Positions 1 to 8,631 of a stretch of 64,000 bases of DNA are shown in pieces (positions within the stretch are counted from its first letter, which is position 1; each line of letters opens with the position of its first letter). This stretch comes from Candidatus Kaftiobacterium secundum (GTDB taxonomy: Bacteria > Sysuimicrobiota > Sysuimicrobiia > Sysuimicrobiales > Kaftiobacteriaceae). The position numbers were made by a program, and so were the translations under genes. The notes beneath the pieces were generated by a model that was not told the origin of the DNA, ran no database searches, and saw nothing but the letters and a program-made list of their open reading frames with translations. The stretch lies in the NCBI GenBank assembly GCA_031459765.1, contig JAVKHY010000001.1, forward strand, positions 468,156 to 532,155. Reading direction: 5' to 3'.

Positions 1-4
1 CGCC

Positions 5-1468
5 GTGCGCCTGATCGGCGACCTGGAGGCCCTGAAGGAGCGGGCGTCCACACCCGGTGGGGACATTGCGGCGGACAGCGATGGGCGGGCCAGCCGCAGG
101 GCGGACCTCGTCCGTCGGAGGGCAGGCCCGGGAGGGTGGTTTACGCCCGGACGGGTCTACGCCGCCGAGCCGTGTAGGGAGGAATCGCCGGTCATCAGCC
201 GCGAGCAGGTGAGCGCCAGCGGGTTCGACGCCCTGAAAGGTGTTCTCCGCGAGAAGCTGAGGGGGGTCCTCCGAGGTGGGCCCGTCGGGGAGAGGGTTCA
301 CAAGCAGGTCCGCGACTACAACACCCTGGTGTTGGTCCTGGCCGCCCTGCGGATCGAGGTCGCCATGGACCCGCCGGGGCCCCCGTTGTTTCGAACCAAG
401 ACGACCGAGCCCGGGGAGCAGCGGTTCATCACGGCGAGGGTGTACCTTGATCCCAAATCCGAGGCCCTGGGCATGAAGGACTGCATTAACGCCCTGCTCG
501 CCAGGCTGGGCTTGAAGCTCAACGTAGGCGACCCTAGGAGCGGAAGCATCGCCGGCGTGCCCCTCACTTGGCGCCTGACGGCCGGCGACGACGTGCTGCT
601 GGTGGAGGCGGGGGTCGGCCAGACCGATCAGGATGGGTCGGAAGCGTTCGCCGTGCTGGGCAAACCCCAGGCCAGGAACCTGGACGCCGACGCGAAGCGC
701 GTCAGCAAGCAGGCGGCGGTGGCGGTGCGGTTCGACCTGCGGCCGTACGCCCTGCTCGGCACCACCCCCGGCCCCGGCGGCCCTCTGACGGCGCCGGAGG
801 TCCTGCTAGATCTCACCTACGGGTACGAGGTGACGTATCCCTTCGAGGTTGTGGATTGGGAAGGCGGGGGCGGGTGGATCGGAACGGTCACGTACACGGA
901 GACCAGGCACGCACAGACTTCCGTGGGGGGTCCCGACAGCCACTATGAGACCGAGTCCACCAGCACCCTCCGCCTCGTTGCGGAAGCGGGTGAAACGACG
1001 ATGCAGGACATCACCATCGACGACAGGACCTTCGTCACCGTGGTGGCCACTGTGCGCGGCGAGTACTCCAGGCAGTTTCGGTCCAGGGGCCGGCATCGTA
1101 CCTACTGCGGCGCGAATGCGGGTGGCTGGCGCACCCTGAACTCCGTCATGGATGAGACGGTAAGCGGTTCGGGATCGGCGCCGGGGTACATCAGGATCAC
1201 CCTGACGCAGGAGAGAGCCACCATCCACGCCGGCTCCGAGGGGAGCTTCCCCGCGCCAGGACGGAAGGTCGGCCGGGCGGAGGGCTGCCCCAGGGATTCG
1301 ACGGTTCAGCAGGACCTTCAGGAGACGGTGAGGCTCGACATCGGGCTCATCGATATGATCAGAGATCCTCGCTCTCCCGACATCCTGCGGGGGAGCCGCA
1401 CCAGCACCAGGCGCGAGGGCGAAGCCCGTATCACCTCCACCATGACCTGGGATCTCCGACGCAGGTAG
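5..1468 (+). CDS. hypothetical protein, probably 5'-partial (reading frame open to window edge)
   Basis: long ORF with no stop between position 2 and 1468; no recognisable motif. Confidence 0.5.
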   Translation: MRLIGDLEALKERASTPGGDIAADSDGRASRRADLVRRRAGPGGWFTPGRVYAAEPCREESPVISREQVSASGFDALKGVLREKLRGVLRGGPVGERVHKQVRDYNTLVLVLAALRIEVAMDPPGPPLFRTKTTEPGEQRFITARVYLDPKSEALGMKDCINALLARLGLKLNVGDPRSGSIAGVPLTWRLTAGDDVLLVEAGVGQTDQDGSEAFAVLGKPQARNLDADAKRVSKQAAVAVRFDLRPYALLGTTPGPGGPLTAPEVLLDLTYGYEVTYPFEVVDWEGGGGWIGTVTYTETRHAQTSVGGPDSHYETESTSTLRLVAEAGETTMQDITIDDRTFVTVVATVRGEYSRQFRSRGRHRTYCGANAGGWRTLNSVMDETVSGSGSAPGYIRITLTQERATIHAGSEGSFPAPGRKVGRAEGCPRDSTVQQDLQETVRLDIGLIDMIRDPRSPDILRGSRTSTRREGEARITSTMTWDLRRR

Positions 1469-1479
1469 CGCGGCGCGCG

Positions 1480-1746
1480 ATGGGGACGTATATGGCCGAT
1501 TGCGACCTTCCGGGGATGACACCCGAGCAACTGACGGGCACCGAGGCGCGCGTCCGGCGGGCGTGCGAGCAGGCCGCCGCCGCCGGCGCCGTCATCCGGT
1601 ACCTGCGCGCGATCTGGGTGCCCGGCGACTGGCGCGTGATGTACCTGTTTCAGGCTCCTGACGCCCCTGCCGTGGAAGCGGTCTGCCGCGCAGCGCACAT
1701 CCCGTTCCTGCGGGTCGTGGACGCCGTCGAGGGGAGTGGGGCGTAA
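1480..1746 (+). CDS. DUF4242-like small protein
   Basis: 88 aa; pattern GAVIRYLRAIWVP...YLFQAPDAPAVEAVCRAAHIP resembles the DUF4242 (SCO4226-like) small-protein family. Confidence 0.5.
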   Translation: MGTYMADCDLPGMTPEQLTGTEARVRRACEQAAAAGAVIRYLRAIWVPGDWRVMYLFQAPDAPAVEAVCRAAHIPFLRVVDAVEGSGA

Positions 1747-1779
1747 CCTTCGCGTCCAGTGCCGGGCGGGCCCGGCCCG

Positions 1780-2535
1780 CTACAGAAGTCTTCCCAGCAT
1801 CCAGAAGCTCCCGGCCAGGACCCGTCCCGCGGCCGGTTCGCCGCCTAGCGTCTCGCGGTCGGCGAAGGCGTGCAGCCGGACACCCTGGATCGTGACCTGC
1901 ATCCACCAGTACGGTGCGCCCGTGGCCGGGTTGGTGAGCAGGCGGGCCCAGTCGATGGGCGCGCTGAGCATTCCCGTGGCCTCCGTGAATGATGCGACCT
2001 CCTCGTCCGCGGCGAAGTGGGCGCTGGAGACGAAGGAGCCCAGGGGCACACGGTAGACCTCGCCGGGGGCGTTCACGTACGCCTGGGGATCGGGGTAGAG
2101 GTCGGCTTCGTGGGCCAGGGCGGCGAGCTCGACGGCGTGCACGGAGGGGAAGCGCACCAAGCGGGTCCGGGTCACCGCGTAGTTGACGAGATCGACGCGC
2201 AGCGGAAACGCCCCGGAGTAGGGCTCGTCGTCCTCGGTGGGCTCGATCCAGCCGTCGATCCAGCCCGCCAGTTCATCATCGGGATCCTCGCCGGTTCCGG
2301 TGACCGCGATCTTGTGCCTCTGCCCGGTGGCGAAGAAGGGCACCGCGCCGGTCACTTCCCCGGCGCGGTTGACAGTGCTCCAGATCTCGGGTCCGGAATC
2401 GACGGTCCAGCGGACCAACGCGCTGCCGTCCGCGGCGAGATCCCGCACGCCCGAGGAGGCGGCGCGGCGGGCCAGGGCCCAGTATTCGTCCATGCTGCGC
2501 ACGGGGAAGCCCACTGCGCTGAAGTGGCTGGACAT
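1780..2535 (-). CDS. hypothetical protein
   Basis: 251-aa ORF, compositionally coding, no recognised domain. Confidence 0.45.
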   Translation of the reverse strand: MSSHFSAVGFPVRSMDEYWALARRAASSGVRDLAADGSALVRWTVDSGPEIWSTVNRAGEVTGAVPFFATGQRHKIAVTGTGEDPDDELAGWIDGWIEPTEDDEPYSGAFPLRVDLVNYAVTRTRLVRFPSVHAVELAALAHEADLYPDPQAYVNAPGEVYRVPLGSFVSSAHFAADEEVASFTEATGMLSAPIDWARLLTNPATGAPYWWMQVTIQGVRLHAFADRETLGGEPAAGRVLAGSFWMLGRLL

Positions 2536-2606
2536 CGCTCACCTGGTGCGGGCGACCTGCACGACCTCCATGGTCGCCTCCCGCGCCTTGCTATGATAGC
2601 ACTGCC

Positions 2607-3893
2607 ATGAGGGAGAGCTCCTTTCCTCCAGGGTTCCGCTGGGGGACGGCGACCAGCGCCCACCAGGTGGAGGGCCACAACGTGCACAACGACTGGTGGG
2701 CGTGGGAGGCGCAGCGGGGGCGCATCAAGGAGAACGGACGTTCGGGGGCGGCCTGCAACTGGTGGGAACGGGCGGAGGCGGACTTCGACCTGGCGGCGGA
2801 GCGCTATCAGAACGCGCACCGGCTGTCCGTGGAGTGGAGCCGCATCGAACCCCGCCCCGGGCAGTGGGACGACCGCGCGCTGGACCGCTACCGGGAGATG
2901 CTCCGCGCCCTGCGGCATCGCGGGATCGAGCCGATGGTCACCCTGCACCACTTCACGAACCCCCTGTGGTTCGCCAACCGCGGCGGATGGGAACGCGCCG
3001 ACGCCCCGCAGCTGTTCGTCCGCTACGTCGAGCGCACGGTGCCGGCTCTGACCGAATTCACCCGGCTGTGGTGCACGCTCAACGAACCGGTGCCGTGGGC
3101 GCTCCACGCCTACGTCACCGGACGGTGGCCTCCGGGACGGCGCTCGCTGCGGGCCGCCTGCCGCGTGCTTACCGCACTGGCACGCGGCCATGCCCTGGCC
3201 TACCGGGCGATCCACCGGCTTCAGCCCGACGCCCAGGTCGGGCTGGCCCACTACTTCCGCATCTTCGATCCCGCCTCGCCGCGCTCACCCTTCGACCGGT
3301 GGGTTACCGCGCTGCAGGACCGCATCGTGAACCGGTCGTTTCTCGACGCGGTGAGTTCCGGCCGGGTGCGCGCCTTCCCCTGGGTGGCGAGGATTCCGGA
3401 AGCCGCCGGCACGCTGGACTTCGTCGGGGTGAACTACTACACGCGCGACCTGGTGGCCTTCGACCTCCTGGCCCCTCAGCGTCTCTTCGGCCGCAACTAC
3501 CTCAACCCCGACGCTCCCCACAGCGACGGCGGGTACGGAGAGATCTATCCCGAGGGGATGTATCGCGCCCTGCGTCTGGCCGGGCGCTACGGCCGGCCCG
3601 TCTACGTCACGGAGAACGGGCTTCCGGACGCCGACGACGACCAGCGCGGGGAGTTCATCCTGTCGCACCTGCGGGAGCTCCGCCGCGCCATCGAGGACGG
3701 CGTCGACGTGCGCGGCTACTACCACTGGTCGCTTCTGGACAACTTCGAGTGGGCCGAGGGGTGGACGCTGCGCTTCGGCCTGATCGCCGTCGATCCGACC
3801 ACCCAGCGGCGCACCCCGCGCCCCAGCGCCGACCTCTACGCGCAGATCTGCCGGCGGAACGCGCTGCCCCAGGAAGCGCCTACGTCACGATAA
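2607..3893 (+). CDS. glycoside hydrolase family 1 beta-glucosidase
   Basis: N-terminal FRWGTATSAHQVEG; catalytic motifs TLNEP and YVTENG; 428 aa. Confidence 0.9.
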   Translation: MRESSFPPGFRWGTATSAHQVEGHNVHNDWWAWEAQRGRIKENGRSGAACNWWERAEADFDLAAERYQNAHRLSVEWSRIEPRPGQWDDRALDRYREMLRALRHRGIEPMVTLHHFTNPLWFANRGGWERADAPQLFVRYVERTVPALTEFTRLWCTLNEPVPWALHAYVTGRWPPGRRSLRAACRVLTALARGHALAYRAIHRLQPDAQVGLAHYFRIFDPASPRSPFDRWVTALQDRIVNRSFLDAVSSGRVRAFPWVARIPEAAGTLDFVGVNYYTRDLVAFDLLAPQRLFGRNYLNPDAPHSDGGYGEIYPEGMYRALRLAGRYGRPVYVTENGLPDADDDQRGEFILSHLRELRRAIEDGVDVRGYYHWSLLDNFEWAEGWTLRFGLIAVDPTTQRRTPRPSADLYAQICRRNALPQEAPTSR

Positions 3894-3978
3894 GGGTGCC
3901 CTTTAATCCGCCCGTGTAGTGGTTGGTGCCGCCGGTCGGGAGGTGGCGGCCGATCTCGAACCGCCCCTTTCTTGATGT

Positions 3979-5043
3979 CTACGACCAGATCCCGGGGATG
4001 GCCGTGCCGCAGTCCGGACAACGCCCCCGATGGGGGCTGAGACGGTCGCGCAGGATCAGGTACCCTCGCCGCGCCACCAGAAGCGCCCCGCAGTGGTGGC
4101 AGAAGGTGTGCTCGTAGCGTCCCACCCGCCCCGGCAGATTCCCGGCGTAGACGTACTTCAGGCCGGCGGCTTCGCCGATCCCTGCCGCGCGGAGCAGCGT
4201 CTCCGCGGGGGTGTCGTCGGGCTCCGTCATCCTGTAGTCCTTGTGGAAGGCCGTGACGTGCCAGGGGATCAAGGGCGAGACCGAGGCGATGAACTCCGCG
4301 ATGGCGCGCAGCTCGTCGCCGGTGTCGTTGAACCCGGGGATGACCAGCGTCACGATCTCCGTCCAGAACCCCAGGGCATAGACGCGTTTGATGGTGTCCA
4401 GGACGCGTTCCAGGACGCCGCCGAGGTACCGGTAGTTCCGGTCGTTGAAGCTCTTCAGGTCTATCTTGTAGCAATCGGTCCACGGCCGCAGGGCGGCCAG
4501 GACCTCGGCCGTGCCGTTGCCGTTGCTGACGTAGCCGGTGCGCAGACCGGCCTGCTTCGCTTCTTTGAAGATCGCCAGCGCCCACTCGGTGGTGATCAGG
4601 GGCTCGTTGTAGGAGCTGACCACATACGCGGCGCCCTCGCCTACCGCCAGGCGCACGATCTCCTGAGGCGAAATCTCCATCGGCTCCGTCCCTGCCACCG
4701 GATCGCGCAGCGCCTGGCTGGTCAGCCAGTTCTGGCAGTTCGGGCACCGGTAGTCGCAGCCGAGCATGCCGAAGGTGAGGGCGCGCGCGCCGGGGCGGAC
4801 GTGGTAGAAAGGTTTCTTTTCGATCGGATCGCACTGCAGTGCGGCGACGTAGCCCCAGGGGACGCGCAGGACGCCGTTGTCGTTGAACCGCACCCGGCAG
4901 ATCCCGCGGCGGCCGGGGAAGATGACGCAGCGGTGACCGCAGGCCAGGCAGCGAACCTTTCCCGCCCCCAGGCGTTCGTAGAGTTCCCCTTCGACCGTCA
5001 GGCGGTCGAGCAGCAGGGCCAGCGTGGGGACGGCGCGGGCCAT
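3979..5043 (-). CDS. AmmeMemoRadiSam system radical SAM enzyme
   Basis: CDYRCPNC (CxxxCxxC) radical SAM motif; characteristic N-terminal RCLACGHRC...VPWGYVAALQCDPIEKKPFYHV. Confidence 0.85.
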   Translation of the reverse strand: MARAVPTLALLLDRLTVEGELYERLGAGKVRCLACGHRCVIFPGRRGICRVRFNDNGVLRVPWGYVAALQCDPIEKKPFYHVRPGARALTFGMLGCDYRCPNCQNWLTSQALRDPVAGTEPMEISPQEIVRLAVGEGAAYVVSSYNEPLITTEWALAIFKEAKQAGLRTGYVSNGNGTAEVLAALRPWTDCYKIDLKSFNDRNYRYLGGVLERVLDTIKRVYALGFWTEIVTLVIPGFNDTGDELRAIAEFIASVSPLIPWHVTAFHKDYRMTEPDDTPAETLLRAAGIGEAAGLKYVYAGNLPGRVGRYEHTFCHHCGALLVARRGYLILRDRLSPHRGRCPDCGTAIPGIWS

Positions 5044-5104
5044 CGGCTCTCAGACCGATTGTAGCAACGAGGAGAGAGGCTGCGCGGCCGGGATGGGCCC
5101 CGGA

Positions 5105-6001
5105 TTACCGCCTGTCCAGGCCGAGGATGCGGCGCGCATTCCCGGCCAGGATGGCCTGCCGGTCGTCGTCGCTCAGTTCGAGCCGCCGGAGAATCGCCAC
5201 CTGCTCCTTGAGGATGTGGCCGCGGTAGCCCCCGTAGGCGGTCGAGTCCGTGCCGAAGAGGATGCGTCCGGGCCCGAAGGCGCGCAGGGCGTCCCTGAAC
5301 ACCTGCTCCAGGGACGGCTGCCCCGGATAGTAGTCGCGCCAGTTGTTGGTCCCGGAGGTGTCCACGCAGACGTTCTCCGTGTGGTAGGCCAGAAACAGCG
5401 TCTCGCGAAAGAAGCCGGCGCCGAAGTGGGCGATGACGAAGGTGACCTCCGGAAACTCCTTCACCGCCGCGGACAGGGGCAGCGGGCTGGCAAAACTCAG
5501 ATCATAGAAGGCGCCGACGGTGATGCCGAAATGGAAGAGGATGGGCAGTGCCGCCTCCGCCGCGGCCTCGTAGACCGGGTACAGCGCCCGGTCGTTGGGC
5601 AGGAACCGCTGGATCGGCGGGTAGAGCTTCAACCCGGACAATCCCATGGAGCGGAACTGGGCCACCGTCCGTCCGGCGTCGGGATGGCGCGGATCGGAGA
5701 GCGAACCCCAGCCGATCAGGCGTTGCGGGTTCATGGCCACGAACCGGGAGAGTTCCTCGTTCCCTTCGCCGACCGCAATGAACGCCCCGGCCTGGACCCC
5801 GGCCGCATCGAAGGCCTGGAGCCAGGAGCGGGCGTGGTCTTCCAGCGACTTCCCTTCCAGCTCGGCCAGACGTTCCTCGAAGGTCTTCCCCCGGACCCTG
5901 GCCGCCTCCATCGCCTTCTTCCGGTACTGCGGAAGGCGCTCGCGCTGGCGCCGGAGCATCGCCGCGGTGATCAGGTGGAGGTGGCTGTCGATGATCGTCA
6001 T
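5105..6001 (-). CDS. amidohydrolase family (TIM-barrel metal-dependent hydrolase)
   Basis: N-terminal IIDSHLHL metal-binding motif; 298 aa; amidohydrolase_2-like. Confidence 0.75.
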   Translation of the reverse strand: MTIIDSHLHLITAAMLRRQRERLPQYRKKAMEAARVRGKTFEERLAELEGKSLEDHARSWLQAFDAAGVQAGAFIAVGEGNEELSRFVAMNPQRLIGWGSLSDPRHPDAGRTVAQFRSMGLSGLKLYPPIQRFLPNDRALYPVYEAAAEAALPILFHFGITVGAFYDLSFASPLPLSAAVKEFPEVTFVIAHFGAGFFRETLFLAYHTENVCVDTSGTNNWRDYYPGQPSLEQVFRDALRAFGPGRILFGTDSTAYGGYRGHILKEQVAILRRLELSDDDRQAILAGNARRILGLDRR

Positions 6002-6118
6002 GGGGCCAGCGTACTGCGGGGTTTCTCAGAGCGTCAATACGAAGTCCCGCAGCGGATGTCGAGCGCTGCTCGTCGGCCCCGGCTTGCCCTGGCACGCCGG
6101 ATGCTCTTTCCTCACAGC

Positions 6119-6559
6119 ATGGGGTCGCGGATGAGACTGGACGGTGTGGAGTGCAGGACGGAGGGGCGGCAGGTCGTGGCCAGGGTCAGGCTCAGCCTGG
6201 ACGACGACGTGCGCACCGGCTCCTCCAGCGCGCCGGCCGTAGGGACCGGATGGCAGCGCGCCGTGGCCGAGGCCACGCTGCAGGCGGTCGCCGCCTTCGT
6301 GGGCGGCGGTGTCGCCTTCACCCTGGACTCCGTCACGGAAATCCGGACCGGGCGTCATCCGCTGATCGTGGTGACGATCGTCGTCCACGACGGGCGTCGC
6401 GAGGTCTTCCTCTCCGGTGCCTCCCGGATCAAGGACCATCCGCCCACGGCGGTGGCGCGCGCCGTCCTCCACGGCCTCAACCGCTGGACGGAGTTCCTGC
6501 ACGAGCGCGACATCACCGCCGATCCCCTCGCCGATCACTCCGGCTCGGCGATTCACTGA
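6119..6559 (+). CDS. hypothetical protein
   Basis: ATG inside the long 5024..6559 frame; 3' end overlaps the QueG 3' end convergently by about 47 nt, so it may be spurious. Confidence 0.3.
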   Translation: MGSRMRLDGVECRTEGRQVVARVRLSLDDDVRTGSSSAPAVGTGWQRAVAEATLQAVAAFVGGGVAFTLDSVTEIRTGRHPLIVVTIVVHDGRREVFLSGASRIKDHPPTAVARAVLHGLNRWTEFLHERDITADPLADHSGSAIH

Positions 6560-7691
6560 CCAGGATCTCCTGCAGGGCCCATTCCACCTCTTCTCGGACG
6601 GCAGGATCCGTTTCGACCGCCCGCCTCCTGAGCAGGGCCTCCATCGCTTCGTTCCCCCCGATCCGGCCGAGGGCCCAGGCCGCGTGCCCGCGCACCATGG
6701 GGTCGTCGTCCTCCAGGGCCCGGCCGAGGGCGGGCAGGGCGCGGGGATCGCGCAGGTTGCCCAGGGCCACGGCGGCGTTGCGGCGCAGCCCCCGGCGCTT
6801 CGCCCGTTTGATCGCGCTGTGGCGGAAGCGCGTCTGATAGGTGGATTCGTCGATGTGCAGCAGTTCCACAAGATCCGGAAACGCCACGTCGCGCCGCGGG
6901 GCGAAGGAGGCATGCAGGCCCCGCGCGACCAGGGCGTTGTGCGGGCAGACGTCCTGGCAGACGTCGCAGCCGAAGACCCATGTCCCCAGGAGCGGCCGCA
7001 GCTCCCGCGGGATCCAGCCCCGCAGTTCGATCGTCAGATACGAGATGCACCGTCGCGCATCGACGACGTAGGGCGCGACGATCGCGCCCGTCGGACACCG
7101 GTCCAGGCAGATCCGGCACTGCCCGCACGATCCTTCCAGCGGCGGGTCCGGCGCCAGGGCCAGGTCGGTGAGGATCTCTCCCAGGAAGACATAGGACCCG
7201 AATCCGGCCTTCGTGATCACCATCGCATTCTTCCCGAACCAGCCCAGCCCGGCCCGCTGGGCCAGCGCCCGGTCCAGCAGGGGTCCGGTGTCCGCGTAGT
7301 ACCGCGCCACGGCGGCGCCTCGATCCCGCAGGAAGGCGGCCAGCGCCCGGAGCTTTTCTTCCATCACCCGGTGGTAGTCGGTGCCCCAGGCGTAGGCCGA
7401 GATCCGGCCGCGCAGCCGGTCGTCGCGGGGAGGCGGTGCGTCCCACCGGTAGGCGAGGCCGACGACCACCGCCGAGCGCGTACCCGGGACGACCTCGGCG
7501 GGAGCCGCGGCCCGCGGCGCGTGTTCCGCCATGTAGCGCATCGTCCCGTGCATGCCCGAAGCGACCCACGCCGCCAGGTGCCGGTCGTGGGGTTCCAGCC
7601 GGTCGGCGGTGGTCACGCCCACCAGGTCGAATCCCAGCCCCCGCGCGTATGCCTTGACCTCCTGCGTCAGCGTCGCCTCCATCGGGTCCAT
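6513..7691 (-). CDS. queG: tRNA epoxyqueuosine(34) reductase QueG with C-terminal HEAT-repeat region
   Basis: two 4Fe-4S motifs CGQCRICLDRCP and CDVCQDVCP; C-terminal HEAT-like repeats (DPMVRGHAAWALGRIG); the 613-aa track ORF was trimmed to the internal start MDPMEATLTQ at 7691. Confidence 0.85.
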   Translation of the reverse strand: MDPMEATLTQEVKAYARGLGFDLVGVTTADRLEPHDRHLAAWVASGMHGTMRYMAEHAPRAAAPAEVVPGTRSAVVVGLAYRWDAPPPRDDRLRGRISAYAWGTDYHRVMEEKLRALAAFLRDRGAAVARYYADTGPLLDRALAQRAGLGWFGKNAMVITKAGFGSYVFLGEILTDLALAPDPPLEGSCGQCRICLDRCPTGAIVAPYVVDARRCISYLTIELRGWIPRELRPLLGTWVFGCDVCQDVCPHNALVARGLHASFAPRRDVAFPDLVELLHIDESTYQTRFRHSAIKRAKRRGLRRNAAVALGNLRDPRALPALGRALEDDDPMVRGHAAWALGRIGGNEAMEALLRRRAVETDPAVREEVEWALQEILVSESPSRSDRRGDRR

Positions 7692-7817
7692 TGTAGAGCC
7701 TTCGACCAGGGGAAAGAGGATAGGGGAGCAAAAGAATCCAGAAACTCTGCAATAACCTATTCCCGTTTCCGCGTCTGTAGTCTGTGAAAGCGGGTCGTCT
7801 GTGTACCCGGTGTCAAG

Positions 7818-8387
7818 ATGAGCGATCCCTTCGAGCAGATGGTCCGGCCGCACCTGGACTTCCTCTACGGTCTTGCCGTGCGGTTGTGCGGCGACCGCAC
7901 CGCGGCGGAGGATCTGGTGCAGGATGCGCTGCTCCGCGCTTTCCGGGCTTTCCCGGGGCTGCGCAACCGGGAGCGCCCGAGACTGTGGCTGACGCGGGTG
8001 CTGACCTCGGCCTTCCACGATCGGGTGCGCGCGCAGGGCGCCGACCTCATGGACCGCGAGGCGGACCGGGAGTTCGACCTGTTCGACCGCATCACGGAAG
8101 AGGATCCGTTCCCGTATTCGGATCGGGTGCACCTGGACTTCCTCGATCTCTTCGACGACGCGAAGATCCTGGAGGTGCTCCAGGCACTGCATCCCGACCT
8201 GCGCGCCGCCTTGATCCTGGCCTATGTCTACGGGTTCACGGCGAAGGAGATCGGCGAGATTCTGGAGCGGCCGCTGGGGACGGTTCTGTCCTGGCTGCAC
8301 CGGGCGCGGAAGCAACTGGAGCGGGAGCTGTGGGAGTACGCGGCCGCCAGGCACCTGTTGACGTCACGGACGGAGGCGCGGGTGTGA
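7818..8387 (+). CDS. ECF (sigma-70 family group 4) RNA polymerase sigma factor
   Basis: region 2 (LVQDALLRAF) and region 4 (LILAYVYGFTAKEIGEILERPLGTVLSWLHRARKQL) signatures; stop overlaps the start of the anti-sigma gene (GTGA). Confidence 0.85.
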   Translation: MSDPFEQMVRPHLDFLYGLAVRLCGDRTAAEDLVQDALLRAFRAFPGLRNRERPRLWLTRVLTSAFHDRVRAQGADLMDREADREFDLFDRITEEDPFPYSDRVHLDFLDLFDDAKILEVLQALHPDLRAALILAYVYGFTAKEIGEILERPLGTVLSWLHRARKQLERELWEYAAARHLLTSRTEARV

Positions 8388-8626
8388 TCAGCTGCAAGGA
8401 AGCCGTCTCACGGCTGTGGACGTACCTCGACCGCAACCTCGGGCGCGTCCAGGAGCACGAGCTGGAAGAGCACCTGGGACTGTGCCGGCACTGCTGCGGG
8501 GAACTGGAGTTCGCGCGGCAGATCAGGGAGCGCCTGCGGGCCACGGCCGCGGGGAGCGAAATCCCGCCCCAGACGCGCGAGCGCCTGGAGACCTTCGTCA
8601 GGCGCCTGGGCGATGGAGGAGCGTGA
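8384..8626 (+). CDS. zinc-finger (ZAS, RsrA-like) anti-sigma factor
   Basis: 80 aa; N-terminal Cys plus HLGLCRHCC (HxxxCxxC) motif; 4-nt overlap with the sigma factor gene. Confidence 0.8.
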   Translation: MISCKEAVSRLWTYLDRNLGRVQEHELEEHLGLCRHCCGELEFARQIRERLRATAAGSEIPPQTRERLETFVRRLGDGGA

Positions 8627-8631
8627 CCGCG

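Noticed and set aside
6513-8354. 613-aa version of the QueG ORF extending to 8354 and overlapping the ECF sigma factor gene.
   Set aside because: QueG homology begins at MDPMEATLTQ (start 7691). The upstream extension is Pro/Gln/Arg-rich and collides with the convincingly coding sigma-factor gene on the other strand.
8416-8631. N-terminal extension of the methyltransferase ORF starting at 8416 (track ORF 8416..9234).
   Set aside because: It overlaps the anti-sigma factor gene in another frame. A proper ATG with a GGAGGA RBS at 8632 starts the conserved methyltransferase N-terminus.
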